Assembly (NCBI RefSeq): GCF_035084215.1
Contig: NC_090335.1
Span: 54,374,001-54,438,000 of the forward strand
Direction: 5' to 3'
From: Heptranchias perlo
Taxonomy: Eukaryota
Length of the DNA stretch: 64,000 bases
The position numbers and the translations under genes were made by a program. Position 1 is the stretch's first letter. Every line of letters starts with the position of its first letter. This document shows, in pieces, positions 63,076 to 64,000 of the stretch. Below the pieces are notes generated by a model. That model saw only the letters and a list, made by a program, of their open reading frames with translations, was not told the DNA's origin and ran no database searches.

Positions 63076-64000
63076 GGATAGATACCCCTCCTCCTACCAT
63101 TTTACTTAGTCTCTTTTTGCTGTGGACTAGATGGAAAAAATGAATAGTTTTAAAATGTTTTAAAGTTGGGCTTTAAAATTTACTTCTGAGCCCTGATCCT
63201 GCAATAACAGTAAATTTGGAACTCTGCTTGCCCAAGGTATGGGCACGATCTCAGTAGGAAGGGCTGGCCTCACTGAGTTTTTAGTGGTTTGTCTCTTCCC
63301 CTAATTTTCATATATTCCCAGTGCATGGAAAACATACAGGGAGCCAGGTCTGTAGCCTGATCGACTGGGGGTGCAAAATCCAAAGAGGCAGCAGCTCTTA
63401 AAGGGCTATTGCTAGTCACTAAAAGAGAGGGAACTGCTTGTTACAAAAAAGCTCGCTGCCAAAAAAAAACTTCAACACCAACTCCAATAACACCAACCGT
63501 GCTTTCAGGATTTTACAAAAGCAGACCAGACCAGTTGCCCATTTTATATGGACATGATGATGCTTGGTTGAAACTCCTGAAATGGGCCTCATTTAAACAA
63601 TTGTTCGATTTAAATAAAACTTGTACTGGTCTGAAGCACAACCAACAAATTCACAGGGTATAAAATTTGGTAGTGCGAATAGTACCATGAGGTCATATTT
63701 CCATAAGATTGAAGCTTAAATTTTGAATTTTAAGATCCACATATGTGCCGCCTGACGTGAGGATAATGGGGCGTAGGTGAGGAGCAACAGTATTAACTTC
63801 ACTGCAGAGGCAAAAAGGTCTCATGTTAGAGAATACTGCCCTCTGTTTTTCATTATATTGAACACTCTGATTTTCAGATTTTAGAGTGTACGGTTTAATC
63901 AAAAATTACAATTTAACTTCAAGGGGTGTGGATTTATCCTCCAGATCTCAAGTCCGACAAATCCTGAGCAGTAACCAGGTGCTAACATCTCCCTGTTATA

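Overview
Vertebrate genomic DNA whose repeat content (CR1, L2, Deu-domain SINE, Penelope-like elements) indicates a cartilaginous fish, probably a shark (inference). The only well-supported host gene is BBX (HMG-box transcription factor, bobby sox homolog) on the minus strand. I traced 12 coding exons with GT-AG junctions and consistent phases from the ATG at 57057 to the TAA at 21580 (2361 nt, 786 aa). A repeat-poor, AT-rich putative long 3' UTR follows. Introns and the downstream region are packed with LINE, SINE and DNA-transposon remnants. The most striking structure is a family of Penelope-like fold-back insertions with the architecture TSD - unpaired ~35-nt tail - arm - 1-nt spacer - inverted arm - TSD. 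One is ~3.2 kb (3874-7052), encodes an RT C-terminal half plus GIY-YIG endonuclease and has a minimal hammerhead ribozyme in each arm. One is ~200 bp (10741-10942) and folds inside the ribozyme core. Two old decayed palindromes of similar type are also present. A CpG-rich nested hairpin of ~250 bp (16954-17200) lies in the putative BBX 3' UTR. Repeat family names come from recognition of motifs, not database searches, and repeat boundaries are approximate unless a TSD or TIR is given.
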